64,000 nucleotides of DNA from Marsupella aquatica (GCA_973895155.1 OZ316898.1:6001079-6065078), one strand, 5' to 3'; counted from the first letter of the stretch, positions 13,616 through 26,141 are shown. Made by a program: numbers and translations. Notes: generated by a model not told the origin, from the sequence alone.

Positions 13616-14264
13616 TTCAACGTTGGAGGGGCTATTATTTCCCATAATGTTGGGTCAGGGCCTTAATAAACTTCAAAATCTAAGAGATTTTCAATATTAC
13701 TAATTTTAGTACCAGTAGAGGAGAATCATGGTAGTGGGTTGATCCAAACAATCAGGCAATCTTTCACATGAAAATTACAAAGCAAACAAATCAAAGAGGA
13801 CAAACTTCATTGATCCAAAAATTACCATACTTGATTATTTTCATTTTTCTTCCCAAAAATGACAGAGAAAAATCAGATCACGAAGCGGTTAAAAGTAGGA
13901 AAGCGGGTCCGACTGATTCTGGGATGGCCATGCAGGAATCAGAATCACTTTTGGGCAGGGGGCACTTACTTACGTCCTGGCCGCCGGAAGTCTTGGCCCT
14001 CAAATTCAACGATGATGATGAAGGGAGCGGGTATTTCCCGGACCGGCGCTCTTGTTTCCAAGTTTTCGAGGACTTGTCCAACAGTCGGCAAATGACCTTT
14101 TGCGCAACCTACGGTGGAAAGCTAGTCCCGAAGTCCCGTTTCCCACGTGTCCTATATTCGTATGATCTTGGGGCGAGTCTTGGGTACTTCCGCGCCCGGT
14201 TCATGTGCCGTGACCGGCAATCGGAGGTATCCTTTATCAATGGTATATTTATTAGCAAGGTTTA

Positions 14265-14828
14265 TCAGCGGCTTTTCACGAGGGGCATGGTTCACATGTA
14301 CAACTGAAGTGAGGTTTAAGGAATGGGAGGATATCAAAAACCCTAAATACCCCTTCATATGGAGAGTTTCTATAATTTAATTGGTAATGTCCGATCATGA
14401 TTCAGTCATGGTTGATATGAATGCACTCAGAAAAAACCAGGGCTATAAAGTAGTAAGACAATCACATTCATGAAAGGGAAACAACCCAAGAGTAAATAAT
14501 AACCAGGTCTGACTTACATTACAAAACCAGCCAATGAAATGTTAATAGGGGACCAGTATCTATCACTAACTGCAAATTGAATTTAGGTGAGAAGACAATG
14601 CTAAGTGTGGTGGGAAGATAATGTCCACAATGTCTTCCCAAACAGTGCATTCATACCAACCATGACTGAATCATGATAGGACATTACCAATTAAATTATA
14701 GATCGAAACTCTCCATATGAAGGGGTATTTAGGGTTTAGGGCATTTTTTTGATATCCTCCCATGATTCCTTAAACCTCACTTCGATCAGTTGTACATGTG
14801 AACCATGTGCCTCGTGAAAAGCCGCTGA
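14265..14828. repeat. Near-perfect inverted repeat: arms 14265-14427 and 14644-14828, loop ~216 bp
   Basis: TCAGCGGCTTTTCACGAGG...GAATGCACT is mirrored by AGTGCATTC...CCTCGTGAAAAGCCGCTGA; the differences are a few substitutions and short insertions in the right arm. Confidence 0.9.
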
Positions 14829-17351
14829 GAAGTCGTCACCGTTCGAGCGTGGACAAGAAAAACAGAATGGGAGGATATCAAAAAAATGCGGAATGATGTT
14901 TATAAAGCAAAGACATTCATGTCAATGTCTTCGAATGAGAATAACCCTAATGTCGATGTATAAGCGGCGCAAACATTCAACGCCTACAGTTCAGTTTGCA
15001 TCATGGGAACGGTTGCGGCTTGACAACGCTCGGTCACTGTGATTTTGAGCATGGTTCGTGGTTGAAATGGCTACAGTGACAAGTGACCCAATTTGGTCTT
15101 TGTAAGGCAAAAACTCACTCTATAATAACTTATAGAAGAACAAAGGGTACGGATCATAAAGAGGGGGTCGATTGGGGCAAAAATGTTTCCAGGGGGTTGA
15201 TCAAGCAAACTATCTCCAGGAGGGGGTCTATTGAGCATATCCCTCTCCAAACCATCCAAGGATTGTGAAGGCCAAATATCTTGTTAATCAAGTACTACTT
15301 ATTATGTCAGCACTTTACAACCAATGTACTGTAGATGTGTTTGATTGATGTCACAAATCCTAGTTCCAACCAACCCCATGTTGTATGCAAATTTCATTGT
15401 GAATAGGCAATACCACAAACAGGAATTCTGTGGATGAATTAAAAGTTTGTAGAAGCAGCTCAAGCTACAAAGAAACTGTACATCCAAAAGGCGGGCCTTC
15501 CTCCACCGCCATTACTAAAATGTCCCTTCAAGTCAAATAAATTTTTTTGACAAATAAACCTAAAAAGATGTCCCTTCTGTCGACCATCAGAGAGGGAATA
15601 TAATGTCACTTTTACTTCAAGGTGTTTGCGTGATGGATACTACTTTGGGTCAGCCCTCACTAAGCTACTGAGGGAATATACATAAGATTTTGAAAAATCT
15701 GGTGGCAGTGGTTTTATCCACCCCATTTCTAAGGTTCTCCAAATTAAAAATCAAAATTGAATCAAGAATATGAATTTATGGGACATCTGGTGAACTTTCA
15801 TAAAAAGTGGTCTATACATGTGAATCTTTTGTTACAAGAAAGGTTTATGGGAGTTCCATTTTCTCCCCTGGATGAACTGCTTTTATTTAAAAATTAGTTT
15901 AGATGTCCATTTGAAAAAGAAGAAACTACTATATCGTGAAACTGAAGCCTGGTCGGGGCCTGGATGGACCAAGACATTGTTCCTGCCCATCCCCATGGAT
16001 TGCCCCAAGTCATCAGCCAGTTTACACTGGAAAAAAAGGGACCTGTTGGTATTGATAGCTTTGGGAAGGATGTTTCACTGACATCAAATCCTCTGACTCC
16101 AACTAGTTTTCCAGGCACCTCAAGTGACCAACTACGAAGTGCTGGTTTTGGGCAAACTTGTCCACATATTTGGGACAAATTTTTGGATATTTGTGTAAGC
16201 TAAAATTCTGAGAACATGTCCTTTCATGTCCAATCTACTATCCTGCCAAAGTTGAGACTTTTTTGAGATTTTTGGCTCCATTTCTATGAATATGAAGATG
16301 GTCAAGTATTATAAATGAACTAAAAATGGACATTTCACTTTTGTGAAAAATGCAGAGTAGTTTGGATACAAGCAGCGATTCACCATCAAGCTCACTGTGG
16401 ATCTAACTGAAACAGGCTGCAAACTGTCAGGAGACCAATTTTGTTGTGTATGGGTCACATTTCAAATGAACTTTGAAAGGTGCTATCCAAATCTTATCAG
16501 ATGTTCTGCCCAAGTCCATCTGTGCAAATTGGCCAGTCCATCCCAACTTTATTTTCATTGTACACTAGTATAATCTACATGACTGAAACATTGTTAGTCA
16601 AGTACTGTAGTATAATCTTTGACATGTGGCAGTATTCTAAACTGAAGTTTGATCTTCCTTTTGTTGTCCTTTAATAGGTCTTTAAATTAGAATAGCACTA
16701 GGGATCACAAAACATACACTAAGTTAACCTGCTATAGAGTGCGCCCTACACTATTCACTGTAATTGGTCTTATCTAGCTTGGAATTAGTGTTTGTCCCTA
16801 ATTAATGTTGGTGATCCTAATATGCAAGTGGGGCAGGTTTGAATAGAAACCTTGAGGGCTTCACTTCCACAAATTGGCATATGATCATGTGGGATAAAGT
16901 ATAGGGTCATTTTATTGATTATAGGGGAAGACTTAATAAATCAATTTTCTTGGAAGAACATTAGAGTATTTTGAATCAATTTTTTTGAGTATTCCAAGAA
17001 TATTCCAACTTTATATTAAGGGCTAACACCCAAAAATTAAATCTTACATTTTAGGGGGGTTGAGGCCTAAAAATGTTAGAGGTGATGGGAAGGCCTCCAT
17101 ATAGGTGGACCCCTGAGATAGAAAATAACACTAAACATGGTGGGTATTTGGGCTAAGACTATTTAGGATTGGAATTCCCTAGCCTAGAGCAATTCACTTT
17201 GTCTAGTCCTACTCCTTATTTGTGCTGACATTGTTTCACATTCAAGTAATGTAGCCTTGCTGAAGCTTTGTTCCCTACAGTAGCTGTAACTGTTTTGGTT
17301 CTAGTGATCTTGTGTGCATGAAACACACTTTGTTCCCTTGCCGTCAAAGGA

Positions 17352-17815
17352 CACTAGTAGAAAATGGGGCCTTTTATGACTATGACACATATGACTTATG
17401 TGCTCAAATGACACAATATGTAAATGACATAACATAAATGACATTGAAATGACTGTCCAAAATGACGGGGTGCAAAAAATGACTAATACTTGCAATAGTG
17501 TCGTTTAAACCAATGAGCCAAATGACTTTGACTGCTATAATGACAACAATCATGAGTTGTAGTCATTTTGGACAGTCTTTGTGAATGACACAATTAACAA
17601 AAACTCTGTCATATCAGTGTTTCACATATGGGAAGTCATTTCAGGCGACGGTGACTAATGACTAATAAATCAAATATGCAAATATCAGTGTTTAAAAATG
17701 TTAGTAGTCATTTAAACCAAAAGTGATAAATGACATGATAAACAACATATGACTATTTTGAGGTTTATGGTTTAGTATATGTTTTAGGGTTTAGGGTATG
17801 ATTAGTCATCCAAAA
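17352..17815. repeat. CACTA left TIR and subterminal region rich in ATGAC/GTCAT
   Basis: Numerous ATGAC(A/T) motifs in both orientations in the first ~460 bp. Confidence 0.85.
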
Positions 17816-19208
17816 TGTATGGTAGTATATATAAAGACTAGTGGCACTCACATATTAGATTTGAAATACAATTAGAGACCTAACAAGCCTTCTTTTGTTG
17901 TGAGTCTCATCATTAAATTGATGTACAACTTAAAGGCTTGATAATCTCTAATAAGTATGTACATTTATATATACTTGCACCCATTTATTACATCTTTCCT
18001 ATATATGCCAAGGACTCCTGAAGTGTTTACATTCCTTAAGCTATATTCACATTTCACATGTTGGAGTATATATGGGGGCATGCAAGGTTGCCAAATAACA
18101 CTCTCGGGCATAGGTCTAGGGTTTAAGGTTTAGAATTTAGGTACTACATGCCTATATTTGCTCATGTCATTTTTTTCAATATATTATTCATGTTATTTGC
18201 ACAAAAATGTGGGGTGTCGAAGGCGGGCTTATCTTTGTCGCACCCGTCACCTAGACATGGAAAAAGTTCTTCAAGTGAAGGCGAGGATATAGACGATGAT
18301 GCAGGGATCCATGACAAGTCGGGGTCCAACGACGACTCCTCTTGCAGTCGGGGTGGGTTTCGCTGGGGCGTTGGTTCTAGCGATTCCAACGATGATTCGG
18401 ACGTGTACAAGCCAAGCTGGTGGGAAGATTAACTGATCAACTGATCCAAGAGATTAACGCATGGACCGTCTGATCCTGGAGAACCCAGTAGTCCTGAGTA
18501 GATTACCAACCTCATTTGGTGTAGTTCGATGTTGACAGCCATGACCAGTTGATGCAGTGATGGTAGAAATGGTAGTCAATCTTTTGCCAGCACGATAGTC
18601 TCGGAATCTATTGGGAGGTTACTCTTATGTTTTTACTCAATATTTCAGGACTTTGTGAAGTAAAGCCGATACCATTAAATGGAGTTTGAATCTATTAGTC
18701 ATTCCCTTATGCATTTTTCATTATTCAGTTTGTGTTTTTCGATGTTTTGCCTTACGAGAATGAGTAAATCTTTTCACCAAATGTCTTTTGAAAGTCTTCG
18801 TAATGATGTAGTGGTCTTACCCGTGACAGGTTCCATATTAGCGCTCGGCGCTAGCATTGGAATCCTCAAACTTATGCTTCTAACACCAGATGGATTCTTA
18901 AATATTTGTGGAGATGTAAGAGTTTGTATTACTCTCTCGTGATGAGTAACATCGATTTGGATGCGATTTATGATAGCGCCAAGCGCTAATAACGCTTACG
19001 GATAAAATGGTCCAAATAATGTCCATTTTGTCCATCTATCCATGAATTCCATTTGAATTTTGTAAAATATATATACGTGGGAGATTTGTTAGCGCTCGGC
19101 GCTATTGAAATGAGTAGTTTGAATCAGGTAATATGGAGTTGTTTTTGCTAGCGCTTGGCACTATCAATAAGGCCAAAACGATCAACGGTCATATTTTAAC
19201 GGTAACAC

Positions 19209-19279
19209 TGAGGATTGCTAGTCACGCGTAACCTTGAGGATTGCTGGTCACGCATAACCTTGAGGATTGCTGGTCACAT
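19209..19279. repeat. 26-bp tandem repeat x2.7 (TGAGGATTGCTGGTCACGCATAACCT)
   Basis: Units start at 19209, 19235 and 19261. Confidence 0.9.
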
Positions 19280-19559
19280 AAGACGGTTTCTGGTCCAATG
19301 GTAATCTTCCAAGTGTTCAGATCTGTTGGTGTTACCGTTGAGCAACACTCTAATGTGCTCAAGACTCCATGTCTTAACCTTTTGATTAGGCTTGGTGCTC
19401 GTTGGAGAGACATGATTCTCCTGGAGAAGCCTGTTCGAGCGTGACATTCTATACCTGAGTCTGTTACTTCGTACTGGATCAGGGGCTCTAGGAGAGTTGT
19501 ACGATACTGTCCAACGTTCTACTCAACGCCATCGCCATCTCTCAGTGGGTAATACGAGG

Positions 19560-22500
19560 ATGGGAGATAGTCATGCCGGTCATTCCGAGTCCTCACAGTC
19601 CTTTTTTTTCAGGTTCTGTGTACACCCGTCGCGTGACTCGGTCCGCTGCGTCTCATTCACATTCAGACATTGGCTCAACTCTTCCGACTGCGTGATCAAG
19701 AAGGGGGAGAATGGACACGAGTGAGGAAGTTGCTCAAGTTGATTTCGGTGTTGCTGGACTTTCAATGGACGATTACATTTCCAAGCATGTCTTGTCCTTT
19801 GGGAAAGATTTCAGAGGATTGGAGAAGGAGCCTCCACAAATTCCTCTATGTCGATTGATTCATATGGAAGTGGTGCGGACGTTGCAGAAGCAGAGCGCCT
19901 CCATCGATAAATTGAAGGAGTTGTTCCAGATTTCTGGATACAATTTGCGCATGGGCATGCCATTTTACGTACAGCCAACGAATGCGGATGGGGTTCCACA
20001 GATTTGCACTAATGAGATTAGAGCCTCTTGGGACCCAATCTGGGTTTCCAAGAATGACAAGTTCGAGGAAGAGTGTGACGCTGATCCTGATTTCAGAGTT
20101 TTGAAGGACAAGATGTTTTGTGTCTTTGATGGAAATCACCATTTGTATTCGTGGTCGATTGTGACAGTAGAGCATCCGAACAACATTAAGTACCACCCTC
20201 GTGTGACTTGCATTGTTTTCAATGGAGATAAAGGTTCCCTCGTAGAGCTCGAGGCTGCCATGCACGCTATCAACCAGTAAGCCAATCCTCAGGACAACCT
20301 CATTTAATATGACGTACTAGTTCAAGATGGATTTTGGATGTGATATTATCTTTGGTGTTTTACTAGCGCCCGACGCTGCTAATTTACATTTAAATTTTGG
20401 CATAGGTTGGGACAAGTTGTGGTCGAGCCATCTTGGATTCTTGATGCCGACAGAATCTCTCGTCTTTTATCCCGTGACCTAGAGCACTACAAACCCCTCA
20501 TTGATGCTACGAGTTATGCTAAGTTTGAAGCCATTCGAAAGAAGACTCGAAAGGGTTCTTGGTATACACACAAGATGCCACAAGACGCGCTCATCTACAT
20601 TTTGTGTGAGAACAAGATTAAATCTTACACAAACCAGTTCAAAGTGGACATGGATTTCGTAGCCTCCCAGGGGACTCCGTGGTCCGAAGAGGAGACGCAG
20701 AAGAGGCATGAAGCTATGATGAAGGAAGCGATAAAAGACTGGGCTATCAAAGTAACAAAGATAAACTCCATTGCTGCACCCTGATTTTGGTGACTACTTG
20801 GCTACATGTGCCAAAATGTTTCCCGTCACAGAGAAGAACAAAAGAGAAAAAAAGCCCGATATAGTTGTTTGTACTGTGGACCGTGCTCGTCTGTTTACTG
20901 CAGTTACTTATCTGGATCCGAAGTTAAGGTGTACCCTTCTTGTTGCCCATTGCACTCCGGAGATTCGGAAACAGTTCTTTCATCCGGCTAGTGTGAACGA
21001 CGATCCTGTAAAACAATGGTGCCATACCTGGCATATCTGGAATTCAGTGGAGGAAATTGCTACTGGATTGATCCTCACCTCGCTCGAGCAGGTTTTGGAT
21101 CGCATGCTAGATGATCGTCTTGTCAAGTCTGGTTGTGAGTCCCTGGATGTTCTCATGAAGTCCATTATCGAAGAATTCAAATCATTTGGAGACCTTGTCA
21201 AGGCTAAATTTTTCAACATAATGTGGCCATCAAAGTATGCAGACAAGGAGGACTACATTGAGCGGAACCGGAAACGAGCCAAGTGATACGTTTACCATTT
21301 CTACATGTGGATGGAGTTGCGATCTCCTGAGGTTTTGTGGGCTTACCCTGGTGCATTTCAAAAGTGGGTGATTATCAAAGATGGTGACCACCTTGTTGAT
21401 CTGTTTTCGATGTACCCAGCTGAGGGAAAGTTCCCACCTCGCGCCTTGTCAGAGTGGGAGAGACTCCACTGCCCATGGTATCTTGACACTGACAAATGGG
21501 ATCTGCCTTTCGACGAGGTGGAGAAAGACGCTTTCATGAAGTTACAGAAGTCGCAAATCCCAGCAAGGTACATATCGAAGATGAAGCAGGGTCTTGCAAT
21601 TGAAGTGGACGCTTCGACAACTGAACTGCAAAAGAAATGCGAGACAGTCATCGTGCATGTTGATCGGAGCCGAAAGCCAGGAGTGAAGGCCAAGAATGAA
21701 TCTGCAGCTCCCAGTGAATCAACTCGATCGCTTAAAAAATGTAAGTTTGCCTCTTAGGATTCAGTAAAGTATTCCCGCTCTTGTTTGTATGACATATTTT
21801 CCCCCAATTGATACTAGCACCGAGCGATATTATGAGAACTAGTTCCGTTGAGTAACGCCTCTCCGTCTTTCAGGGGGAAGGAAGTTGGATGCTACCGGTG
21901 ATGTAAAAGAGGACGCTACTCCTCAGGCCTCTGAAGCTAACACTGGTGCGGAAAATACACCAGATCAGGGAACCCCTGGGGAGAGTGGAAAGGCAGTGGT
22001 TCCAATGGACGCGACAAGTATGAAGAAGAAGAAAAAGAGAGGAACACTTGAGGATAGGCTCGGATCTTCATCCCGAGATTCAGTTGCGTCTACTGGATTG
22101 CAAAGAGATGTGGGGAATTTCAAACAAAAGTGTACTCGACATTGTTTTGTGGAGTCGAGTGTTACAGAATGTTTTGATTCCCTGTTTAACAAGGGAGAAA
22201 AGCTGGACTGGGTTTCTAATATTGAAGGTTGGGGGAAAGAGCTGGTGAAGTCTGGGGATCGAGCAAAAGGGGTTGTCCGAGAGGGAAAAGAAAGAGCTTT
22301 TGGAGTTGATGCTGGTTTCATATATCTTCTGACTGGGTTGAAACCAACACTTGTGGATAGGAAGGTTCCTAAATGGAACCTTCAAGATTATACGATTCCA
22401 AGTGCCTTTTTCAGAACAATGGATCCTTTCCTAGCAAATGATGGATTGCTAGCAATTTTGCACAGAGGCGACTATGACCAAGTTTCCGAGGTCATTGCAG

Positions 22501-23769
22501 CTTGTCAAGATTCACAAAAATTCCAGTGTATCTCGACACACAATGTTGTCATGGGCACTCCAATGTACAGGCCTCGCTCGGATATGCAGGTATGTATAGT
22601 AGCGCCTAGCGCTATTCCAAAGTTTATGTTTGGTGTCCTTCTTTGGAGATTGACGGCAACGCTAGCGCCAGGCACTAGTGTGGAATATCCTCTTCGTGAA
22701 ATGTTTCCGTATTCTCGACGTAGCATCTGATGTTTATTATGAACAAAACGTTATTCGATGTGCAGATTTTTACGCTCACTCTCAATGTTTTTGGGCGTGT
22801 TTCGTCCAAAGGTAGGGTCCCTAAGGATCCCAAATTTCGGCCTCTTTCACATATAGAGGATCCTTCAATAACCAATCTCATTGGTTTTCCCGTGCCAAAA
22901 AATGATCCTCTGCCGGAGCTTGCGTTTGCCGGGAATTCAAGGCTGCCTGTGGGTTTCATGCAGTCCGTTTTAGAATTAATTATTCTCCCTGGGGATATTG
23001 TCATGGACTGGACTGTTGGGGCCGGAAGTACATTTGTTGCTGGAGATCATTGTGGGAGGTTTGTAGTCGGGATTGAAAATCGTAAAGAGTTTCTCGACAC
23101 TGCCACAAAAGTTTTCTTTGGACTTCTCAAGAATAAAGAGGCCTCCACGTCCACGCCTCCGGACCGGCAGGTGGGGAGTAAGAAGTAGGATAGACTCCGT
23201 GTTGTTCTTAATTTTGATTCTGACGAGGACAATGATGGAGGCGATGGTACGCAACAGTCCAAAGATGATGGGGCCTCCAAGAAAGTGGTGAACCTTGGGT
23301 CTTCTGAATCTGAGGGTAGTGAAGAGTCTTCTGAGTAATGATCTTCAGCTTCCCTATCTTTTTTTTCTTTTTAAGTGTGACGTTAGTGTCTCCAAGATTC
23401 CACCATTTTCCCGGACCCGACTAAAGATATCGGATTCAACTTTCCAGGTTTGAGTGGAATCTTCGGAAGCGCTTTCAACTACGAAGGAAAGTCGCTAGGA
23501 ATGCAATAGAAACCCCGGAGAAGCCGTTTGTCTTGCCTTCTTATGCAGAAAAGGCGGCTCGAAAAGCAGATTCTGTGAGAATGTTGACTTGGGAAAGCAA
23601 AGGCCTGAGGCTAAAAAGGGGCTCTGATAGAAAGTTTATGAAGAATCGCTATGTCAATGACATCGTCCCGAGCAAGTATGTAGACGACGAAGCTGAGTCT
23701 ACTGATAGATCACAAAGTAGTGAAGAAGAATTAGAACTAGATTCGACTGATTCAGAATCTGATGGCTAG
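19560..23769 (+). pseudogene. ParB/Srx-like domain + N6-adenine/N4-cytosine DNA methyltransferase-fold fusion gene; 4 exons, disrupted
   Basis: Introns 20277-20405, 21741-21873 and 22590-22765 are GT-AG and join the listed ORFs. Exon 1 has a ParB/Srx-like core (IPLCRL..VRTL..LKELF..GY...FCVFDGNHHLYSW). Exon 4 has RLPVGFMQSVLELIILPGDIVMDWTVGAGSTFVAGDHCGRFVVGIENRKEF, matching the C-terminal block of beta-class amino-MTases (KP..L...I...PGD.VLDPF.GSGTT..A....GR..IGIE). Stops at 19693, 21284 and 23186; frameshifts at ~19605 and ~20770; acidic tail to 23769. Confidence 0.75.
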
Positions 23770-25221
23770 CCAAACTTTAAAACTATATTTTGGGGATATA
23801 GATATTGGCTATTTTACAAAATAGCGCTTGGCGCTATTGTGAACACATGTAATATTGATGGGTGTTTATAAAGTGAGACGGACTGTCCACATTGTTTTTT
23901 GACTAAACTTTCCTCTGTGAAGCGGACAATCTTAACTTGGGATGTATTACAATTGGGTGATAATTAGAATACGACTTCCCCCTTTCCCAATGTTTCATCA
24001 ATTGGCATCTGATGGTCTTTAGTTGATCTATGTTTTTAAGTTTGTTATTGAGGTCTGTATACTAGCGTCGGGCGCTAGTATACATATGTTTTTGGGGATA
24101 CTTTTGCATATAGATGTTTTGAATGAGGTTTTGGGTATTTTGGACTATTTCAGGACTGTAGCGTTGGGCGCTAGTATCACGATGTGTTTCAAAATGATGG
24201 ATTTTAGAGGGTTCGATCTCATTTTCCGAGAGATGTCGGATTAGGGAAGATTTTTTTGGTGCAGACATTTGCTGCTATGAGCTTTACTGTTTGCTGTTTG
24301 TTGTTTGCTGTTTGCTGTCACCGTGAAAAGCCTCTCTCTCTTGTCTCATTAATTTTCGTCTGAACCAAACGGCAAATCATGTCTGAGGTCTGCTCTACTC
24401 TTCAAAGTCCGTTAATTTTAGAAGCATTATACTTCTTCCCTTCTGGTTATACTGCATTCTTTCATGTGATTTCCTGTCAGCAATGTGTGATTGTTGTGTG
24501 GTGGTTGTGCAGGGTTTATGGGCGTCTTGATTTGATTGAGCTCTCTACAGATTGTCTTCAAACCTTTCACCCTGAAGGTATTCCTGTCTGGCCTTATAGT
24601 TTTTGCAACAAGCCTGTAATTATTAATTCTGCTAAGGCCTTAGGTGCGTATTTGAGAATTGGAGCTGCTTCGAACACTTCAACTAATGATCTCCTGAACA
24701 GGATACCCATTAAAATTCATACAATCATGTCAAACCTAGAATTCAGTTGTACAGTATATTTACTTCTCCTGAAGTAATTTGATAGGGTGTGTCTCTCAGG
24801 GTTTGTATGTTTATTGATTGAGAGCTATGTACGGACGGTTGTGATTTGTTTGTTAAAGCGGAAGGTTTGGAGGTGATGATCAAAATGTTTTCAGATGTAT
24901 GTTCTGTTCTGGTCAAAGTGAAACAGAGGGTGCGTTGTTTTGTCAGCTGGGATGTTAGAGAAAACTTAATAGCTGGTGTAGGCCTGCAGGCTGGTTTGGC
25001 CAGACTGAGAATAAATATTGGGGCAATTGGGGAATAAATATTGGGGAGACTGATGAGTGTGGTAACCGCAGGTCTGTGCTGGTTGGAGGTGCGACTGGGG
25101 CTGGCTCAACTGCTCTGTGAGTAAGTACACTTCACTTACCTTCTTTGTGTTTGTCTCTTGGTTTTTGAATGGACTTTGGAGTGATGTTGAAGGCAATTGT
25201 GCAGATTTTATTTTCTTCAGC

Positions 25222-25920
25222 ATGGCACGGGCTGCTGCTGCCTGGTTGGATCCCAAGTTTGCCCATAAGGAGCACCTTCGCATGGATCCCCCCTGTTGTT
25301 TTGAATGTGATGAGGGAGGTACTGTTTTGTTCTGCGATGGGCCTTGTAGTCGACATTTTCATTACTTAGTTGATGGGCAGGATGCTGAGGAGCCTGATGG
25401 CCATGGGCCTGAGTGCACATGCATTGCCATTTCTAGAGGGCATGATTGGGACAAGGAGTGGCTCTGTGACCTCTGTCAGCAGAACCGAGCTTGTTGCTTT
25501 GCTTGTGGGTTACTTGGCCGAACCGTGAAACCCACTATAGATGAGCCCCTTGTGATTCAGTGTGCACAGGATGATTGCTATTCCTTTTATCACATGGGTT
25601 GTTTGCGGACTATATTGAGGGCGAGGGAGTTAGCTCTGATAACTTATGCAGAGAACTCAGATGCACATCCCGCTACTCTGATATGCCCAAGGCATTATTG
25701 TGATGTGTGCAAGGAGTATCGGGATGGCATCTGGGAATTTATCCAGTGTCGTAGGTGCCCTCGTGCGTGGTGCAGAGATGAAGGACCAAAGGCAGACAAA
25801 CACCTGAAGAGAGGGATTAAGGGTAGAGAAACTTGGGATTGTGGTCCATGGCGTATGGTGTACTGCAATCGCCATGTCATTCCAGAGGGTTCTGATGTGC
25901 CACCTCATGATTTCAAATAG
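25222..25920 (+). CDS. Stand-alone EDM2-like composite PHD-finger protein (232 aa)
   Basis: ATG follows a splice acceptor (ttttcttcag). CFECDEGG.VLFCDGPCSRHFH / CFACGLLG / VIQC...C.SFYH.GC / CPRHYCDVC / QCRRCPRAW / TWD...RMVYCNRH.I follows the order and spacing of the EDM2 PHD region as recalled. Reading frame uninterrupted. Confidence 0.85.
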   Translation: MARAAAAWLDPKFAHKEHLRMDPPCCFECDEGGTVLFCDGPCSRHFHYLVDGQDAEEPDGHGPECTCIAISRGHDWDKEWLCDLCQQNRACCFACGLLGRTVKPTIDEPLVIQCAQDDCYSFYHMGCLRTILRARELALITYAENSDAHPATLICPRHYCDVCKEYRDGIWEFIQCRRCPRAWCRDEGPKADKHLKRGIKGRETWDCGPWRMVYCNRHVIPEGSDVPPHDFK

Positions 25921-26141
25921 ATCATAAGCCTTCAGTTGTGTAGAAAACACGACATGTATTAAGTATTCATGAAGTGGACTAAATTGTTTGATTGTATGAA
26001 GTGGACTACACTGTCTAATGGACTAAACTCAAATGGACTAAACTATCTGATTGTATGAAATAGTTGAATCTTAAATTGTTGCATGAATTTCATTGAGTGT
26101 TTGGGTTGGATAAATTATTGCTTCTTGTATTTGTTACAATA

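Larger units (their letters stand above)
18839..24173. promoter_or_regulatory. Dispersed array of 11 palindromes TAGCGC-N3-GCGCTA, putative protein-binding sites
   Basis: Starts at 18839, 18974, 19090, 19149, 20364, 21815, 22600, 22663, 23822, 24063 and 24159; five perfect, four with one mismatch, two with two. The regulatory role is inferred. Confidence 0.75.

Noticed and set aside
13768-14307. 179-aa ORF
   Set aside because: No family motif and it runs into the hairpin arm; probably a chance ORF in repeat DNA.
9925-18145. TTTAGGG-like runs at ~9940, ~14727, ~17783 and ~18117
   Set aside because: Only 2-3 degenerate units each; common telo-box-like noise, not an interstitial telomere.
22590-22765. 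Read-through ends of ORFs 21885-22730 and 22730-23188
   Set aside because: Better explained as a GT-AG intron that joins both ORFs in frame.
18839-24173. Palindrome set as a CRISPR-like array
   Set aside because: Units are only 15 bp, spacing is irregular (tens of bp to over 1 kb), no cas genes, eukaryotic context.
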